A stretch of 64,000 nt of DNA from Thermococcus sp. JdFR-02 (GTDB taxonomy: Archaea > Methanobacteriota_B > Thermococci > Thermococcales > Thermococcaceae), in the NCBI GenBank assembly GCA_002009975.1, contig MTLP01000002.1, forward strand, positions 1-64,000. Direction: 5' to 3'. Both the position numbers and the translations under genes were made by a program. Positions 49,562 to 59,998 of this stretch are shown here, in pieces. How positions within the stretch are numbered: the stretch's first letter is position 1; each line of letters starts with the position of its first letter. The notes beneath the pieces are model-generated. The model was given only the letters and a program-made list of their open reading frames with translations, did not search any database and was not told the origin of the DNA.

Positions 49562-50269
49562 ATGAAAGATGAAGCTTTGAAAGTTATTAATGATGTTTTA
49601 GCTCAAGGTAGGAAGGCTTTAGTTGAATACGAGGCTAAGCAAGTTTTAAAAGCCTATGGCTTACCTTTACCAGATGAAAAGCTGGCAAAAACAGTTGATG
49701 AGGCTTTGGAATATGCCAAAGAAATTGGCTATCCTGTTGTCCTTAAACTCATGTCACCACAAATACTCCACAAAAGCGATGCAAAAGTTATTGCCCTTAA
49801 GATAAAAGATGAGGAAGAGCTAAAGAAAAAGTGGGAAGAAATTCATGAGAATGCCAAAAAGTATAGACCTGATGCAGAGATTTTAGGTGTCTTAGTTGCT
49901 CCAATGCTCAAGCCTGGAAGAGAAATAATCATTGGTATAACTGAGGACCCACAATTTGGACATGCAATAATGTTTGGTCTTGGAGGAATTTTCGTCGAGA
50001 TTCTTAAAGATGTAACCTTCAGAATTATTCCAATTGAAGAGAAAGACGCTTGGACAATGGTAAAGAGCATTAAAGGTTATCCAATCTTGGCTGGAGCAAG
50101 AGGAGAACCACCAGCGGATATGAAAGCAATAGTCGACATGATGCTTAGAGTTTCCCAACTAGTTAATGACTTGGAGGAATACATAAAAGAGATGGACTTG
50201 AACCCAGTTTTCGTTTACAATGAGGGCGAGGGTGCAGTTATAGTCGATGCAAGGATTATTTTGAAGTGA
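49562..50269 (+). CDS. ADP-forming acyl-CoA synthetase beta subunit (ATP-grasp)
   Basis: EYEAKQVL, GYPVVLK...HKSD, DPQFG..IMFGLGGIFVE, EMDLNPV, VDARI. Confidence 0.93.
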   Translation: MKDEALKVINDVLAQGRKALVEYEAKQVLKAYGLPLPDEKLAKTVDEALEYAKEIGYPVVLKLMSPQILHKSDAKVIALKIKDEEELKKKWEEIHENAKKYRPDAEILGVLVAPMLKPGREIIIGITEDPQFGHAIMFGLGGIFVEILKDVTFRIIPIEEKDAWTMVKSIKGYPILAGARGEPPADMKAIVDMMLRVSQLVNDLEEYIKEMDLNPVFVYNEGEGAVIVDARIILK

Positions 50270-50353
50270 TTTTATTCTTTTCTCTTATCTTTCAATTGAT
50301 TAATTACAAGGATATATAGTTTTGTTTTGAGATGTTATATTGAGGTGTAGATA

Positions 50354-51349
50354 ATGCACCTGAGGTATTACGCCCCTTATTATGATAAAGAAACTCATGA
50401 AAAAATACTAAATTATTTGAAGAACATAAAGAAGGTTCATGATATAGATTATGAAGAAATACCAGTAAAGCCCTGGCCTCCAGAATGGTATTCTAAAAAA
50501 GCCGAAATGTCTGAGGCTTATGTATATGACTACCACCTAAAACCGTATTCAAGTTTGATTTTGTCTAATTGCAACAAGCTAATCCAAATGGGTCTTAATT
50601 TACATTGCGACACAGTTTCTTCTAAATTCAAGAGCAGATCGGGAAATATTTATGTGGCAGGAACAATAGCAGTTGTTGAAAATGATGCAGTATTACTAGC
50701 TCTGGATTATAAAGATGAAATTTTTGAATTTCTGAAAGCTCTATTGAGAGATGGTTGGAATTTATTAAACGTGCTGGAAAAAACAAAGCCAAAAACAATT
50801 GTTCCATTAGAGGAAAGTGAAAAAGAAATAAAACGAGCCTTGATTTTTGCCCTTTCAAAAGATTTTGATTATGTTTTTATGAATGTAAGACAAAATGCTC
50901 CAAGTGGAGATAAGTGGGATCCATTCATAGATTTTTCGCCAGATGCAGACATAATAGCAGTAAATGAAGAAGAGAATCGTATAATAGGGATAGAGGTGAA
51001 AGGATACCGCTCTAATAGGGGATTTACACAAAAGGCGAACATATATGAAGCCATCGGTGAGGCTATGATGTACCTTGTAAATCCATACATAGAGTACAGA
51101 GGAGAAAAGATAGAAGGAAGTATATTTGACAAAGTTTGGCTCTGTTATCCATACAAGAAGGACTTTGAAGACTTCAAAAAGGTAATGAAAATCACGCCAA
51201 TAGGATTGCTTTCAGCTTATGAAGGAGTTGTTAAAGAACCCAAAAAGAATCCTTTTGTTAATGAAAAAGCCAAAGAGATATTCTTGGGAAACCTGAGCAC
51301 ATTTAGAAGTTATATCCGCGGAGGGAAGAAAATGCACAAAATCATTTAA
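50354..51349 (+). CDS. Hypothetical protein with C-terminal PD-(D/E)xK nuclease domain
   Basis: PDADIIAV...IIGIEVKG followed by EAIGEAMMY; unassigned N-terminal domain of about 150 aa. Confidence 0.72.
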   Translation: MHLRYYAPYYDKETHEKILNYLKNIKKVHDIDYEEIPVKPWPPEWYSKKAEMSEAYVYDYHLKPYSSLILSNCNKLIQMGLNLHCDTVSSKFKSRSGNIYVAGTIAVVENDAVLLALDYKDEIFEFLKALLRDGWNLLNVLEKTKPKTIVPLEESEKEIKRALIFALSKDFDYVFMNVRQNAPSGDKWDPFIDFSPDADIIAVNEEENRIIGIEVKGYRSNRGFTQKANIYEAIGEAMMYLVNPYIEYRGEKIEGSIFDKVWLCYPYKKDFEDFKKVMKITPIGLLSAYEGVVKEPKKNPFVNEKAKEIFLGNLSTFRSYIRGGKKMHKII

Positions 51350-52362
51350 TTGCTTCTTTCAATATCTTCTTTGCATCTCTTAGTGTTTTTCTATCAAATT
51401 CTCCTTTCTTTGCAAGGTTAACAAATGCTTCAAATGAGTTTTTAGGCAGAATGTGTTCTAACAGAAAGTATACGCTTCTATACGTCTCTTTTTGCCGTTC
51501 CCATTCGAGCTGATTTAAATAACGTCTAATCTCTCTTTCCCATTGATCGAGGATATCTTCTGTTATGTTATGTCCAAGAATTTCATGAAACCTTTTAAAT
51601 TGCCTTCTGTTGATTTTCACACTTTGTTCTGCTTGTTCAAACTTTATAGTTATCTTAAAACTCTTTTCTTTGTTTTTTGTTATCTCATGAGCCATCTTAT
51701 AAAACTCACGATAAAATCGTGTAAAATCGTGAGATGCCTTTGTCCATGTCCTCAACTTTAGCCCAAGAATACATGGAAGAATGAGCTTCACGATGGCATT
51801 GCCTGCATAAAGTGATTAAATTGTTCGGATTATTATTTAGTCTATCATTATCTATATGGTGTACCTCTAAATATCCATATCCACAATCTGAACATCTGTA
51901 ATTATATCTTTCAAGAATGATTTTGCGGAAGGATTCAGTAGTACTTGTGTGTTCTTTCTCTATTTCTTCTTCAATTTCTCTTACCATCTTTTTCGTTAAT
52001 TTGATCAGAATTCTACTTTTAACAGAAAACATGAAGTTATGTGTAATCTCTCTTTGGATTCTATTTTTAAAATTCTCAACAACTTCTTCAAAGTTAGTAT
52101 TCACGAGTATTTCGATGGGTTTTTCAAAGAGTTCATTAAAGAAATTCCCAAGAACAGGTTTAATCTCTCTTAGTTTCTTATTTTGGTGAAGTTTGTAATG
52201 ACACTGTCTGCATAGAACTATCAAGTTTTCTAAATCCCTATTTTCAACATCTCCATCCTTATAGTGGATATCAAGATAATTGTAATCACAATTTTGGCAC
52301 TTATACCCATCTCTTTTCAAAATCTTTTTCCTAATATGGGGTGGTACTCCATCATTTCCCAT
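51342..52362 (-). pseudogene. Tandem double-HNH endonuclease gene, frameshifted by a 10-bp duplication
   Basis: Two CxxC...H(Y/H)...N..NL..LCRQCH repeats; ORFs 51706-52389 and 51342-51791 join into one 336-aa frame when one TAAAATCGTG copy (51712-51731) is removed. Confidence 0.8.
51712..51731. repeat. Perfect 10-bp tandem duplication TAAAATCGTG x2
   Basis: Read directly; coincides with the frameshift point. Confidence 0.9.
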
Positions 52363-52717
52363 AAACCCTCGCCTTGAATTAATATTCAAAGACGCTCATC
52401 TATTTATTGTGACTGAAAGGTTTTAAGTTTTCTTCCTGAGTGGAGTTATTTGGACTTTCTGGCGTTGATTTGAATGTGGAAATGGTTTTCGGAACTAATA
52501 TCAGCCAAATACGTAGATGAGCGTACGATCTATTTTTGGAAAAAAGGAGCGAGAAGATAGCCAACGAAATCATTAAAAGGGTTAAAGGTACAGAAAATTG
52601 ATCTGTAACAACAGTAGTTGTTTTGTGATGCTCCTTCATTTTTGTATCAGGAACACTTAGCAGAATAATTCAACTAAATATCTTTCATTCGAGCTTTTCT
52701 CTTTTTGTGAGTATCCT

Positions 52718-53773
52718 TTACTCACTACATTCTAAGACCTTTGGCTTTTCTCCTAACAACTCTGCAGCAGTTAAAACTCTCTTATTGAGCCTTTCTCCAG
52801 CTTCCCAAACTTCTTTTGTATGCTCCTTAAAGTGAACTTCTCTCGGCAAGTGATGATCATAAATTATTACTTCCGCATCAATGCCCTTCACTATCTTCAC
52901 CGCATTATCTACTGCTCTCCTCAAATTGGTCTTGTTGAGAAGATAACCGAGCATATAAGTCATAGGACCGTCTAAGATGAGCACGTTTGGGTTTTCTTTA
53001 ATTATCCACTCCGCATAGTCTTCTATTATTGGACCATTTAAATCGCTCGAATGAATTAGCTTTTCATCTTCATATTCAACCACAGTTGCAAAAACCCACC
53101 CAACCCTAGAAAACTCAATTCCATGGAATAGAGGGTTTGTAAACCTAACTTTGGTTTCTCCAAATTGAAATTCTCTTCCATCAGCAAAGAAAACTTGCAA
53201 ATTTTTAAATTTCATTTCAGGAATTTTGGGGCTGTTGTTCCACTTTTTAGTTCTATTTTTGAACCATTTGAAACCTTTCTCAAGCAACTGTTTCCTTCTC
53301 ACATTATAATCTCCAAAGTCTTTGCTTCTTGCTATGGGAAGTTCATCCATTGGATTTGAGTACTCCTTAGCTTTGGTTTCTTCTATTATGTTCTCCAATT
53401 TTGCGTCTCCAAAATGTTCGCAGAGATTTGAATAAAAAGCCTCAGCCCTCTTCCTTTGTGAATCGTTTATGTATTCGTTTGGATTCTTAGCGAGGAGTAT
53501 CTTTCCTCTATAAATCTCCATATTATGGGGAAAGTAGTGGTCGTAGTGATAGTGGGAGATAATGATAACATCAGCTTTTTCGCTTGCTTTTATTATCGCT
53601 TCTTCTCCCTCAACCAACCACTTGATCTTTTCTTCTTCACTTGCTGGAAAGCTTGGATGCATAACAGCAATTCCTGGATCAATTAGAACTGAAACATCTG
53701 GAGTTTTAACTAGTACGCAAGAGCTTTTAGCACCTAAAGAATCGAACCATATTGGTCTAAAGGAGAGCTTCAT
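52718..53773 (-). CDS. MBL-fold metallo-hydrolase (UPF0282-like)
   Basis: FDSLGAKS, IDPG, ISHYHYDH, PLFHG, HSSD, DHHL. Confidence 0.88.
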   Translation of the reverse strand: MKLSFRPIWFDSLGAKSSCVLVKTPDVSVLIDPGIAVMHPSFPASEEEKIKWLVEGEEAIIKASEKADVIIISHYHYDHYFPHNMEIYRGKILLAKNPNEYINDSQRKRAEAFYSNLCEHFGDAKLENIIEETKAKEYSNPMDELPIARSKDFGDYNVRRKQLLEKGFKWFKNRTKKWNNSPKIPEMKFKNLQVFFADGREFQFGETKVRFTNPLFHGIEFSRVGWVFATVVEYEDEKLIHSSDLNGPIIEDYAEWIIKENPNVLILDGPMTYMLGYLLNKTNLRRAVDNAVKIVKGIDAEVIIYDHHLPREVHFKEHTKEVWEAGERLNKRVLTAAELLGEKPKVLECSE

Positions 53774-53789
53774 GTTATGAAATTACACT

Positions 53790-54884
53790 CTAAGATTTAA
53801 ATCTTAACCTCATCAAAAACACTCCTAAAGCCAAAATCCCAAAAATTCCTACAAATACGAATCCAAGCTTAAAGCCTAGAAACCCAACTACAATTGGTCC
53901 CAAAGCCTGCCCTATATCCTTTATGCTCTCCAAAAAGCCCAAAGCAGTTCCCTTAAGCTTTGAGATTTCAGTTGCTAATGGTTTGGTTGAGGCTTCACTT
54001 ATTGAAGCACCCAAGGAAAATAAAACCGCCCCAGCAATTATGAAGATCAGAGACTTAGAGAAGGCAAGTAAAAGCATGGCTAAGCTAACCAAGAACATTC
54101 CTAAAGCTATAGGCTTTATCCTCCCAATTTTGTCGCTCAAATAACCAGCATAAGGTTTTACAACTGCCATTATTGAAATCTCTATCGTTAAAATTAATCC
54201 AGAGAGCCAGGCTTTGTTTTCCAAAAAGTAGAAGAGGGGCAAAAAGGTTTCTATGCTTTGATAAGCCATGTAAACTGAGGCATCTAATAAGCCAAGCAAA
54301 AGCAAATCAAAGCTGAATGAGAATTCAAATCTCCTCAATTCTTTTCCAGCATCTGGAAAAGTGAAGGTTAAAGCGAGAACTATGAATCCAAAGAGAGAAC
54401 AAAGAAGAAAAACAATCCAAAAGCCAGCAAAGTAAATTAGAGTTCCAGCCAAAAGAGGTGCAAAAGCTCTTCCTATGAGTGTGGAAGAGCTTAGAATCCC
54501 CATAAACGTGCCTTTCCTCTCTGGAAATAGATCGCTTATTAAAGCCAAAGAAACTGGAACAAATATAGCTGTTGCAATTCCATAGTATGCTCTAACTAAA
54601 GCTAAAACCAGTGCATCTTTTGCAAGAAAGTAAAGGAGAGGAGCAGAGAAAAACACAAAGCCACTAATCTTTAACAACTTTTTCCTTCCATAAATGTCGC
54701 TCAAGAGTCCAGAAGCAAAGTTAACAAAGATTCCAGTTATCGTTGATGCTGAAGCAACTAATCCAATTTCGCCCTTTGTTAAGCCTAAGCTTTTGGCATA
54801 GAGTGGTAAAGTTGGGGATTTACTCATTGTTGAGCCGAGTATTGCAAAGAATCCCGCAACTAAGATGAGGTAGAGCTTTCTCAT
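53790..54884 (-). CDS. MFS transporter
   Basis: GLLSDIYGRK and GYLSDKIGR motif A in both halves; about 12 TM segments. Confidence 0.92.
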   Translation of the reverse strand: MRKLYLILVAGFFAILGSTMSKSPTLPLYAKSLGLTKGEIGLVASASTITGIFVNFASGLLSDIYGRKKLLKISGFVFFSAPLLYFLAKDALVLALVRAYYGIATAIFVPVSLALISDLFPERKGTFMGILSSSTLIGRAFAPLLAGTLIYFAGFWIVFLLCSLFGFIVLALTFTFPDAGKELRRFEFSFSFDLLLLGLLDASVYMAYQSIETFLPLFYFLENKAWLSGLILTIEISIMAVVKPYAGYLSDKIGRIKPIALGMFLVSLAMLLLAFSKSLIFIIAGAVLFSLGASISEASTKPLATEISKLKGTALGFLESIKDIGQALGPIVVGFLGFKLGFVFVGIFGILALGVFLMRLRFKS

Positions 54885-54935
54885 GATTGAAATTTTGGAT
54901 GAAAGAAAATAAAAATCTTCTTGAAACTTTTGAGA

Positions 54936-55247
54936 TCACTCCTCTCTAACCGCTCCTCTTTCTTCTTCCTTTTGTCCAAAAAGCCCCACTAAATCGTGAA
55001 TTATTACAAAATCAATCAAAGCACTTATTCCAGAGCTTAAAGAACCAGCCATAAGCATTAAAACAGAGAAAAATAGGTCAAGACCTTTATAGATTAGTGT
55101 AATCTTCACAATCCTTTTATTCCCTCTAATAAGTCCCCAAGCTAAAAGAAAGTTCAGAACTCCAAAAGCCAAGTAAATGTTCGATTCCTTAGAATAATAG
55201 AGCAAAAAGAAAGCTTGAAGGAAAAGTAAATAAGCCGCTAACTTCAT
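54936..55247 (-). CDS. Small hypothetical membrane protein
   Basis: Hydrophobic 103-aa ORF overlapping the cysteine synthase stop codon. Confidence 0.7.
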   Translation of the reverse strand: MKLAAYLLFLQAFFLLYYSKESNIYLAFGVLNFLLAWGLIRGNKRIVKITLIYKGLDLFFSVLMLMAGSLSSGISALIDFVIIHDLVGLFGQKEEERGAVREE

Positions 55248-56164
55248 TCTTCACCACTAAAGTAAGATTCAAAGGCTTCGACATATTTAAACCCATCGTC
55301 TGGGAATATCAAAACATAAACTCCCTTTCCATACTTCTCCCTAACCTTCCCAAAGGCTTTAACAACTGCACCAGAGCTTAACCCTATTAAAAGCCCTTCT
55401 TTTCTTGCTATCTCTATTGAGCCCTCTATAGCCTCCTTCCTTGTCACCTCAATTACCTCATCAACATCCACTTGGAAGAACCACTTTGGTTTAGTTTCTA
55501 AGCGCTTTATCCCCGGAATCTTCTCGCCCTGAGCTGGAACGACGCCTATAACAGCTACATCCTTGTATTTCTCTTTGAAGTGCTTTGCTATACCTCCAAT
55601 GTGCCCGGAAGTACCAATACCTGCTATAATTACATTTGGCTTTTTCCCTATGCTCTTTAACTGCTCATCAATTTCTTTTGCCGTAATTTTGTAGTGAACC
55701 TCAAAGTTGTCATCGTTTTCAAATTGGTTGAGGTTTACAGCATTAGCTTTCTCAGCCTCTTTTTTAACAAAGTTTACCATCTCTGGATCTATTGTTTCAA
55801 ACTCCGTTTTAACCACTTCAGCACCAAGAACTTTAAGCAAGATTTGTGTTGTTTGTGGTGTTGGCTTTGGGAGATAAACTCTAAACTTAATTCCAAGTAT
55901 GTTTGATAAGGAAGCCATTGCAATTCCAACGTTTCCAGAGGTGGCTTCATAGAGTTTATCCTTCAGATCACCCCGCTTTTTAGCCTTCATTAGCATGTTC
56001 CAAACTGCTCTATCTTTTATGCTCTTGCTGTAGGGGTTGAAAAATTCAAGCTTTGCAAATACCTCCTGCTCATCAGTTGATAATCTTGAAAGCTTTACCA
56101 TGGGAGTGGGCCAACCAGCTTCGAGCAAATCTAAGGTACTTCCAAAAATATTTGTGCATTTCAT
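55244..56164 (-). CDS. PLP-dependent cysteine synthase family protein
   Basis: PTPMV, KLEFFNP.SKSIKDR, EATSGNVG, NQFEN, GIGTSGH, GLSSGA, PDDGFKY. Confidence 0.9.
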   Translation of the reverse strand: MKCTNIFGSTLDLLEAGWPTPMVKLSRLSTDEQEVFAKLEFFNPYSKSIKDRAVWNMLMKAKKRGDLKDKLYEATSGNVGIAMASLSNILGIKFRVYLPKPTPQTTQILLKVLGAEVVKTEFETIDPEMVNFVKKEAEKANAVNLNQFENDDNFEVHYKITAKEIDEQLKSIGKKPNVIIAGIGTSGHIGGIAKHFKEKYKDVAVIGVVPAQGEKIPGIKRLETKPKWFFQVDVDEVIEVTRKEAIEGSIEIARKEGLLIGLSSGAVVKAFGKVREKYGKGVYVLIFPDDGFKYVEAFESYFSGEE

Positions 56165-56265
56165 TTCTCTCACCTAAACTTTGCTCTGTATAAGTGCTTT
56201 AAAAAGAAGCGATTGCGGCAAAAGGTTACTCATAACAAAAGTCAAAATTGAAAATAGCACCCAAA

Positions 56266-56871
56266 TCAAACAAATCTGCTTACTTCCTCAACACTTTTTC
56301 TTCTTTTCCTTGGAATTTCTTCTCTTGCTGAATATCCAACTGTAATAAGCCCAACTAAGAAATATTTTTCATCCAAGCCAGCTATCTCCTTAAGCTCTTC
56401 TTCTATATATGGAAAGTTTGCTACTCCAATATAACAAGTCCCCAAGTCTAGCTCAACGGCTTTTAGCATTAGGTTTTGTATAGCCATTGCCGCACTTTCA
56501 ATTGCCCAATAAAACTCCAACTCACTATATTTCTCGCACTTTAAGACATTAATCTCTTTGTTTATGAAAACTCCGATGTAAACTGGTGCTTTATACATGC
56601 CCTCCTCGAACCTCTGCTTTAGTTTTTTCATCTTCTCCTCTGATAAGCCTCTGTTTTTGTAATACTCTAAATGACCTTCCAAAATTAGCTTGTAAACCTT
56701 TTCTCTAACTTCTTCGCTTTTATATATAACAAAGAGCCAATTTTCTAAGCCACTTGCCGTTGGAGCCCTTATTGCAGCTTCGATAAGCTCCTTTAATTTT
56801 TCCTTCTCAACTTCTCGCTCTTGATAAAACCTCACAGAAGCGCGTTTGTTTATAGCTTCGCTCAATTCCAT
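56266..56871 (-). CDS. Nitroreductase family protein
   Basis: KRASVRFY, RAPTASGLENWLF, AIQNLMLKAVELDLGTC. Confidence 0.92.
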   Translation of the reverse strand: MELSEAINKRASVRFYQEREVEKEKLKELIEAAIRAPTASGLENWLFVIYKSEEVREKVYKLILEGHLEYYKNRGLSEEKMKKLKQRFEEGMYKAPVYIGVFINKEINVLKCEKYSELEFYWAIESAAMAIQNLMLKAVELDLGTCYIGVANFPYIEEELKEIAGLDEKYFLVGLITVGYSAREEIPRKRRKSVEEVSRFV

Positions 56872-56986
56872 ACAATTCACCGATTAACGTCAAAATTTTA
56901 CTTTATATTAATTTTTTGAAAACCAAAGGTTTATTGCATGGGATAAAGTTATATAGCGTAGGAAAGAGTCTCTTTAGGTGAAAAAA

Positions 56987-57700
56987 ATGTATGGCTGGAG
57001 AGGTAGAGTCGGTTTGATAGTCCCTTCATCAAACACAACAATGGAAATGGAGTTACATGAAGCTCTTCCAGAGGGAGTCTCACTTCACACCTCACGCATG
57101 CCTCTAAGGGAAGTTACCGAAGAGGAATTAATAAAAATGAGTGCTTTAGCTGTGGAGAGTGCAAGGCTTCTAAGAGATGCCCAAGTGGATCTAATCCTTT
57201 ATGGATGTACAAGTGGCAGTTTCATTGGTGGAATCGATTTTGAAAAGGAAATTGAAGAAAAGATAGAGCGTGAAGTTAATACTCCTGTAATCACCACAAG
57301 CTCTGCTGTTATTGAAGCGTTGAGAATTTTAGATGCCCAGCAAATTATCGTAATAACCCCTTATACCAATGATATAAATCAAAGGGAGAGGGAGTTTCTA
57401 GAATCCAATGAATTTGAAGTTCTCGATATTAGAGGCATAGGAATTGTAGAAAACACAAAAATTGGAAAGCTTGAGCCCTATGAAGCTTATAGAATGGCTA
57501 AAGCAATGTTTATGGAGGAGGCTGATGCTGTTTTTATAAGCTGCACTAATTTTAGGACTTTTGAAATAATTGAACCTTTAGAGCAGGATTTGGGAATTCC
57601 TGTCGTTACAAGCAATCAAGCATCCTTATGGCTAGCTCTGAGAGAGCTGGATGTAATGGAGAAAATCCCATGGCTTGGGAAGCTTTTAACAGAGTTTTAG
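56987..57700 (+). CDS. Maleate cis-trans isomerase / Asp-Glu racemase family
   Basis: GLIVPSSNTTME, YGCTSGS, ISCTN, VVTSNQA. Confidence 0.9.
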   Translation: MYGWRGRVGLIVPSSNTTMEMELHEALPEGVSLHTSRMPLREVTEEELIKMSALAVESARLLRDAQVDLILYGCTSGSFIGGIDFEKEIEEKIEREVNTPVITTSSAVIEALRILDAQQIIVITPYTNDINQREREFLESNEFEVLDIRGIGIVENTKIGKLEPYEAYRMAKAMFMEEADAVFISCTNFRTFEIIEPLEQDLGIPVVTSNQASLWLALRELDVMEKIPWLGKLLTEF

Positions 57701-57757
57701 CACTCCATACACCATGGAAAAATTTTTAAATCGAACTTCAGTTTATTACTTAGCTAT

Positions 57758-57774
57758 ATTCACCGAGGGTGATA
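57758..57774 (+). promoter_or_regulatory. TGM (TrmBL1/Tgr site) downstream of the pfkC TATA box
   Basis: ATTCAC-CGAGG-GTGATA between TTTTAAA (57724-30) and ATG 57779; overlaps the SD. Confidence 0.6.
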
Positions 57775-57778
57775 TAAT

Positions 57779-59170
57779 ATGACAACGTGGCAGGAGTTTA
57801 TCAAAGATTTCAGTGAGATGAGCATTTTTCTTGCTTATAACATCAATGTAGATGCGATAAAGGTGCTTAGGAGTGAGGATATTCAAAAGCTCATAGATGA
57901 GTTTGGTGCTGATAAGATCAAAAAGAGGCTTGATGAATATCCAAGGGAGATAAATGAGCCTTTAGATTTTGTTGCAAGATTAGTTCATGCTTTAAAAACA
58001 GGGAAGCCAAATGCTGTCCCCCTAATGAATCCAGAGCTAAATTCATGGTTTGATTCCAAGTTCAAATATGAAACTGAGAGAATAGGTGGACAAGTGGGAA
58101 TTATAGCAAATCTCCTAGCAAATTTGAACTTTAAGAGAGTTATAGCATACTCTCCTGTTTTGTCTAAAAAGCAGGCTACAATGTTCGTCCATAGAAAAAA
58201 TCTTCTGTACCCTATTATCGAAGATGGAAAGCTTTCCTTAAAGATGCCACTCGAAGCCTACCGCGAAGATGATCCATTAAAAATTAATCGTATTTTTGAG
58301 TTTAGAAAGGGAACAGTCTTCAAGTTGGGCAGTGAAACAATTGAAGTTCCCTTTTCTGGGCGTTTTATAGTATCATCTCGTCCAGAAAGTGTTAGGATTG
58401 AGATTAAAGAACATTTGAAGCCTTTTCTTCCCGAAATTGGTGAGATGGTTGATGGAGCTATTCTTTCAGGATATCAGGGAATAAAAGAACACTACAGTGA
58501 TGGAAAAACCGCTGATTATTATTTTGAGAAAGCCAAGGAAGATATAAGGCTTTTAAAGAAGAACAAAGATGTGAAAGTCCACGTTGAATTTGCATCCATT
58601 CAAAATAAGAAGATAAGAAAGAAGGTTGTTAAAGAAATCTTTCCATTAGCCGACAGTGTAGGAATGGATGAAGCAGAAATTGCTCACGTTCTTAACGTTT
58701 TAGGCTATCCAGAGCTTAGCGATAGAATTTTTAATTACAACAGGATTCATGACGTCGTTTTAGGAGGAAAAATTATCCTCGATGAAGCTAACCTCGAAAT
58801 CCTCCAGATTCACACCATCTATTATCTTATGTACATTACAAGAAGAGAAAATCCACTAAGCGAAGAAGAGCTTAGGAGTTCTCTAGAGCTTGCAACAACT
58901 TTAGCCGCTACAAGAGCTTTCCTTGGAGATATAAGAAACCCAGGGGACATTAAAGTTGGAACAAAGATACCATATAACGAGCAAGGGGAGTTTGTAAAGC
59001 TTAGGTTTGAAGAAGCAAAGAGAAGGTTGAGAAGCAAGGAATATAAAATAGTGCTGATACCAACGAGATTGGTCAAGAATCCAGTAAACACCGTTGGATT
59101 GGGAGATACCATATCCGCTGGAGCATTTACGAGCTATTTAGCTCTTCTCCGAGAAAAGGGTCTCTACTAA
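57779..59170 (+). CDS. pfkC: ADP-dependent phosphofructokinase
   Basis: [27 protein letters not shown] (PFK-type), [15 protein letters not shown]. Confidence 0.92.
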   Translation: MTTWQEFIKDFSEMSIFLAYNINVDAIKVLRSEDIQKLIDEFGADKIKKRLDEYPREINEPLDFVARLVHALKTGKPNAVPLMNPELNSWFDSKFKYETERIGGQVGIIANLLANLNFKRVIAYSPVLSKKQATMFVHRKNLLYPIIEDGKLSLKMPLEAYREDDPLKINRIFEFRKGTVFKLGSETIEVPFSGRFIVSSRPESVRIEIKEHLKPFLPEIGEMVDGAILSGYQGIKEHYSDGKTADYYFEKAKEDIRLLKKNKDVKVHVEFASIQNKKIRKKVVKEIFPLADSVGMDEAEIAHVLNVLGYPELSDRIFNYNRIHDVVLGGKIILDEANLEILQIHTIYYLMYITRRENPLSEEELRSSLELATTLAATRAFLGDIRNPGDIKVGTKIPYNEQGEFVKLRFEEAKRRLRSKEYKIVLIPTRLVKNPVNTVGLGDTISAGAFTSYLALLREKGLY

Positions 59171-59971
59171 CTTAGCCTTTTCTTGGGCTTTTCTCAAATG
59201 CTCTACAGTGACTTTTGTATAAATTTGTGTCGTTGAAAGGTTTGAATGACCCAAAATCTCTTGAATTGCCCTTATATCAACGCCACTTTCGAGCATATGT
59301 GTTGCAAAGCTGTGCCTTAAGACGTGGGGAGTAACACTAACACCAGCTCTTTTTCCATATTTCTTTAAAATGTACCAAACGGTTTTGGTGGATATCCTAT
59401 CCTTCTTTTCTCTTCTCTCCTCGACAAAGAGATATTCACTTTCATCTTCCCTGCTGTCTAAATAAGATTTTATTTCCTCAATGATGGGTTTTGGAATAGG
59501 AACTACTCTATCTTTAGCACCCTTTCCACTCCTAACAACTATCAAAGAGCGCTCGAAGTCAATATCAGAAATTTTCAAATTGCATAGCTCTCCAACTCTT
59601 AAACCACTTGTATAGAGAAGCAAGACAATTAGGCGATCCCTTTTCTTAGTTGGAGGTATAACACTAACCAGCTTTTTTACTTCTTCTCTTCTCAAGCTCT
59701 TTGGTAAGCTCTTTGGGACTTTCGGTGATTTTAACTTTGCAGCTTCATCTTCAAGTCCTTCAAACCTAAAGTATGCTTTCAAAGCCTGAACAACCAAATT
59801 TAAACTTCTATTTGAATAACCCTCCCTCTTTAACTTTGCTAAAAACCTTAAAGCAGAGCGTGCTGTTAAGTCATTCCCTTCTTTAAGAAAACGACTAACG
59901 TAATAAGAATACATTCTTACAGTATGTTTGCTCTTTCCCTCAAGCTCAAGATGCATCTCAAAATCGTCCAT
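59138..59971 (-). CDS. xerA: Tyrosine recombinase XerA
   Basis: [57 protein letters not shown]. Confidence 0.93.
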   Translation of the reverse strand: MDDFEMHLELEGKSKHTVRMYSYYVSRFLKEGNDLTARSALRFLAKLKREGYSNRSLNLVVQALKAYFRFEGLEDEAAKLKSPKVPKSLPKSLRREEVKKLVSVIPPTKKRDRLIVLLLYTSGLRVGELCNLKISDIDFERSLIVVRSGKGAKDRVVPIPKPIIEEIKSYLDSREDESEYLFVEERREKKDRISTKTVWYILKKYGKRAGVSVTPHVLRHSFATHMLESGVDIRAIQEILGHSNLSTTQIYTKVTVEHLRKAQEKAKLVETLFSEKS

Positions 59972-59998
59972 CGTCACCACAAAAAGAAAATTGTAAGA

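Noticed and set aside
52400-52639. 79-aa minus-strand ORF as a membrane protein
   Set aside because: No clear SD or family motif; better explained as the shadow of a + strand relic.
59138-59971. Tyrosine recombinase as integrase of a provirus or integrated element
   Set aside because: Sequence fits chromosomal XerA, neighbours are housekeeping genes, and no tRNA, att repeat or dif-like site was found by eye.
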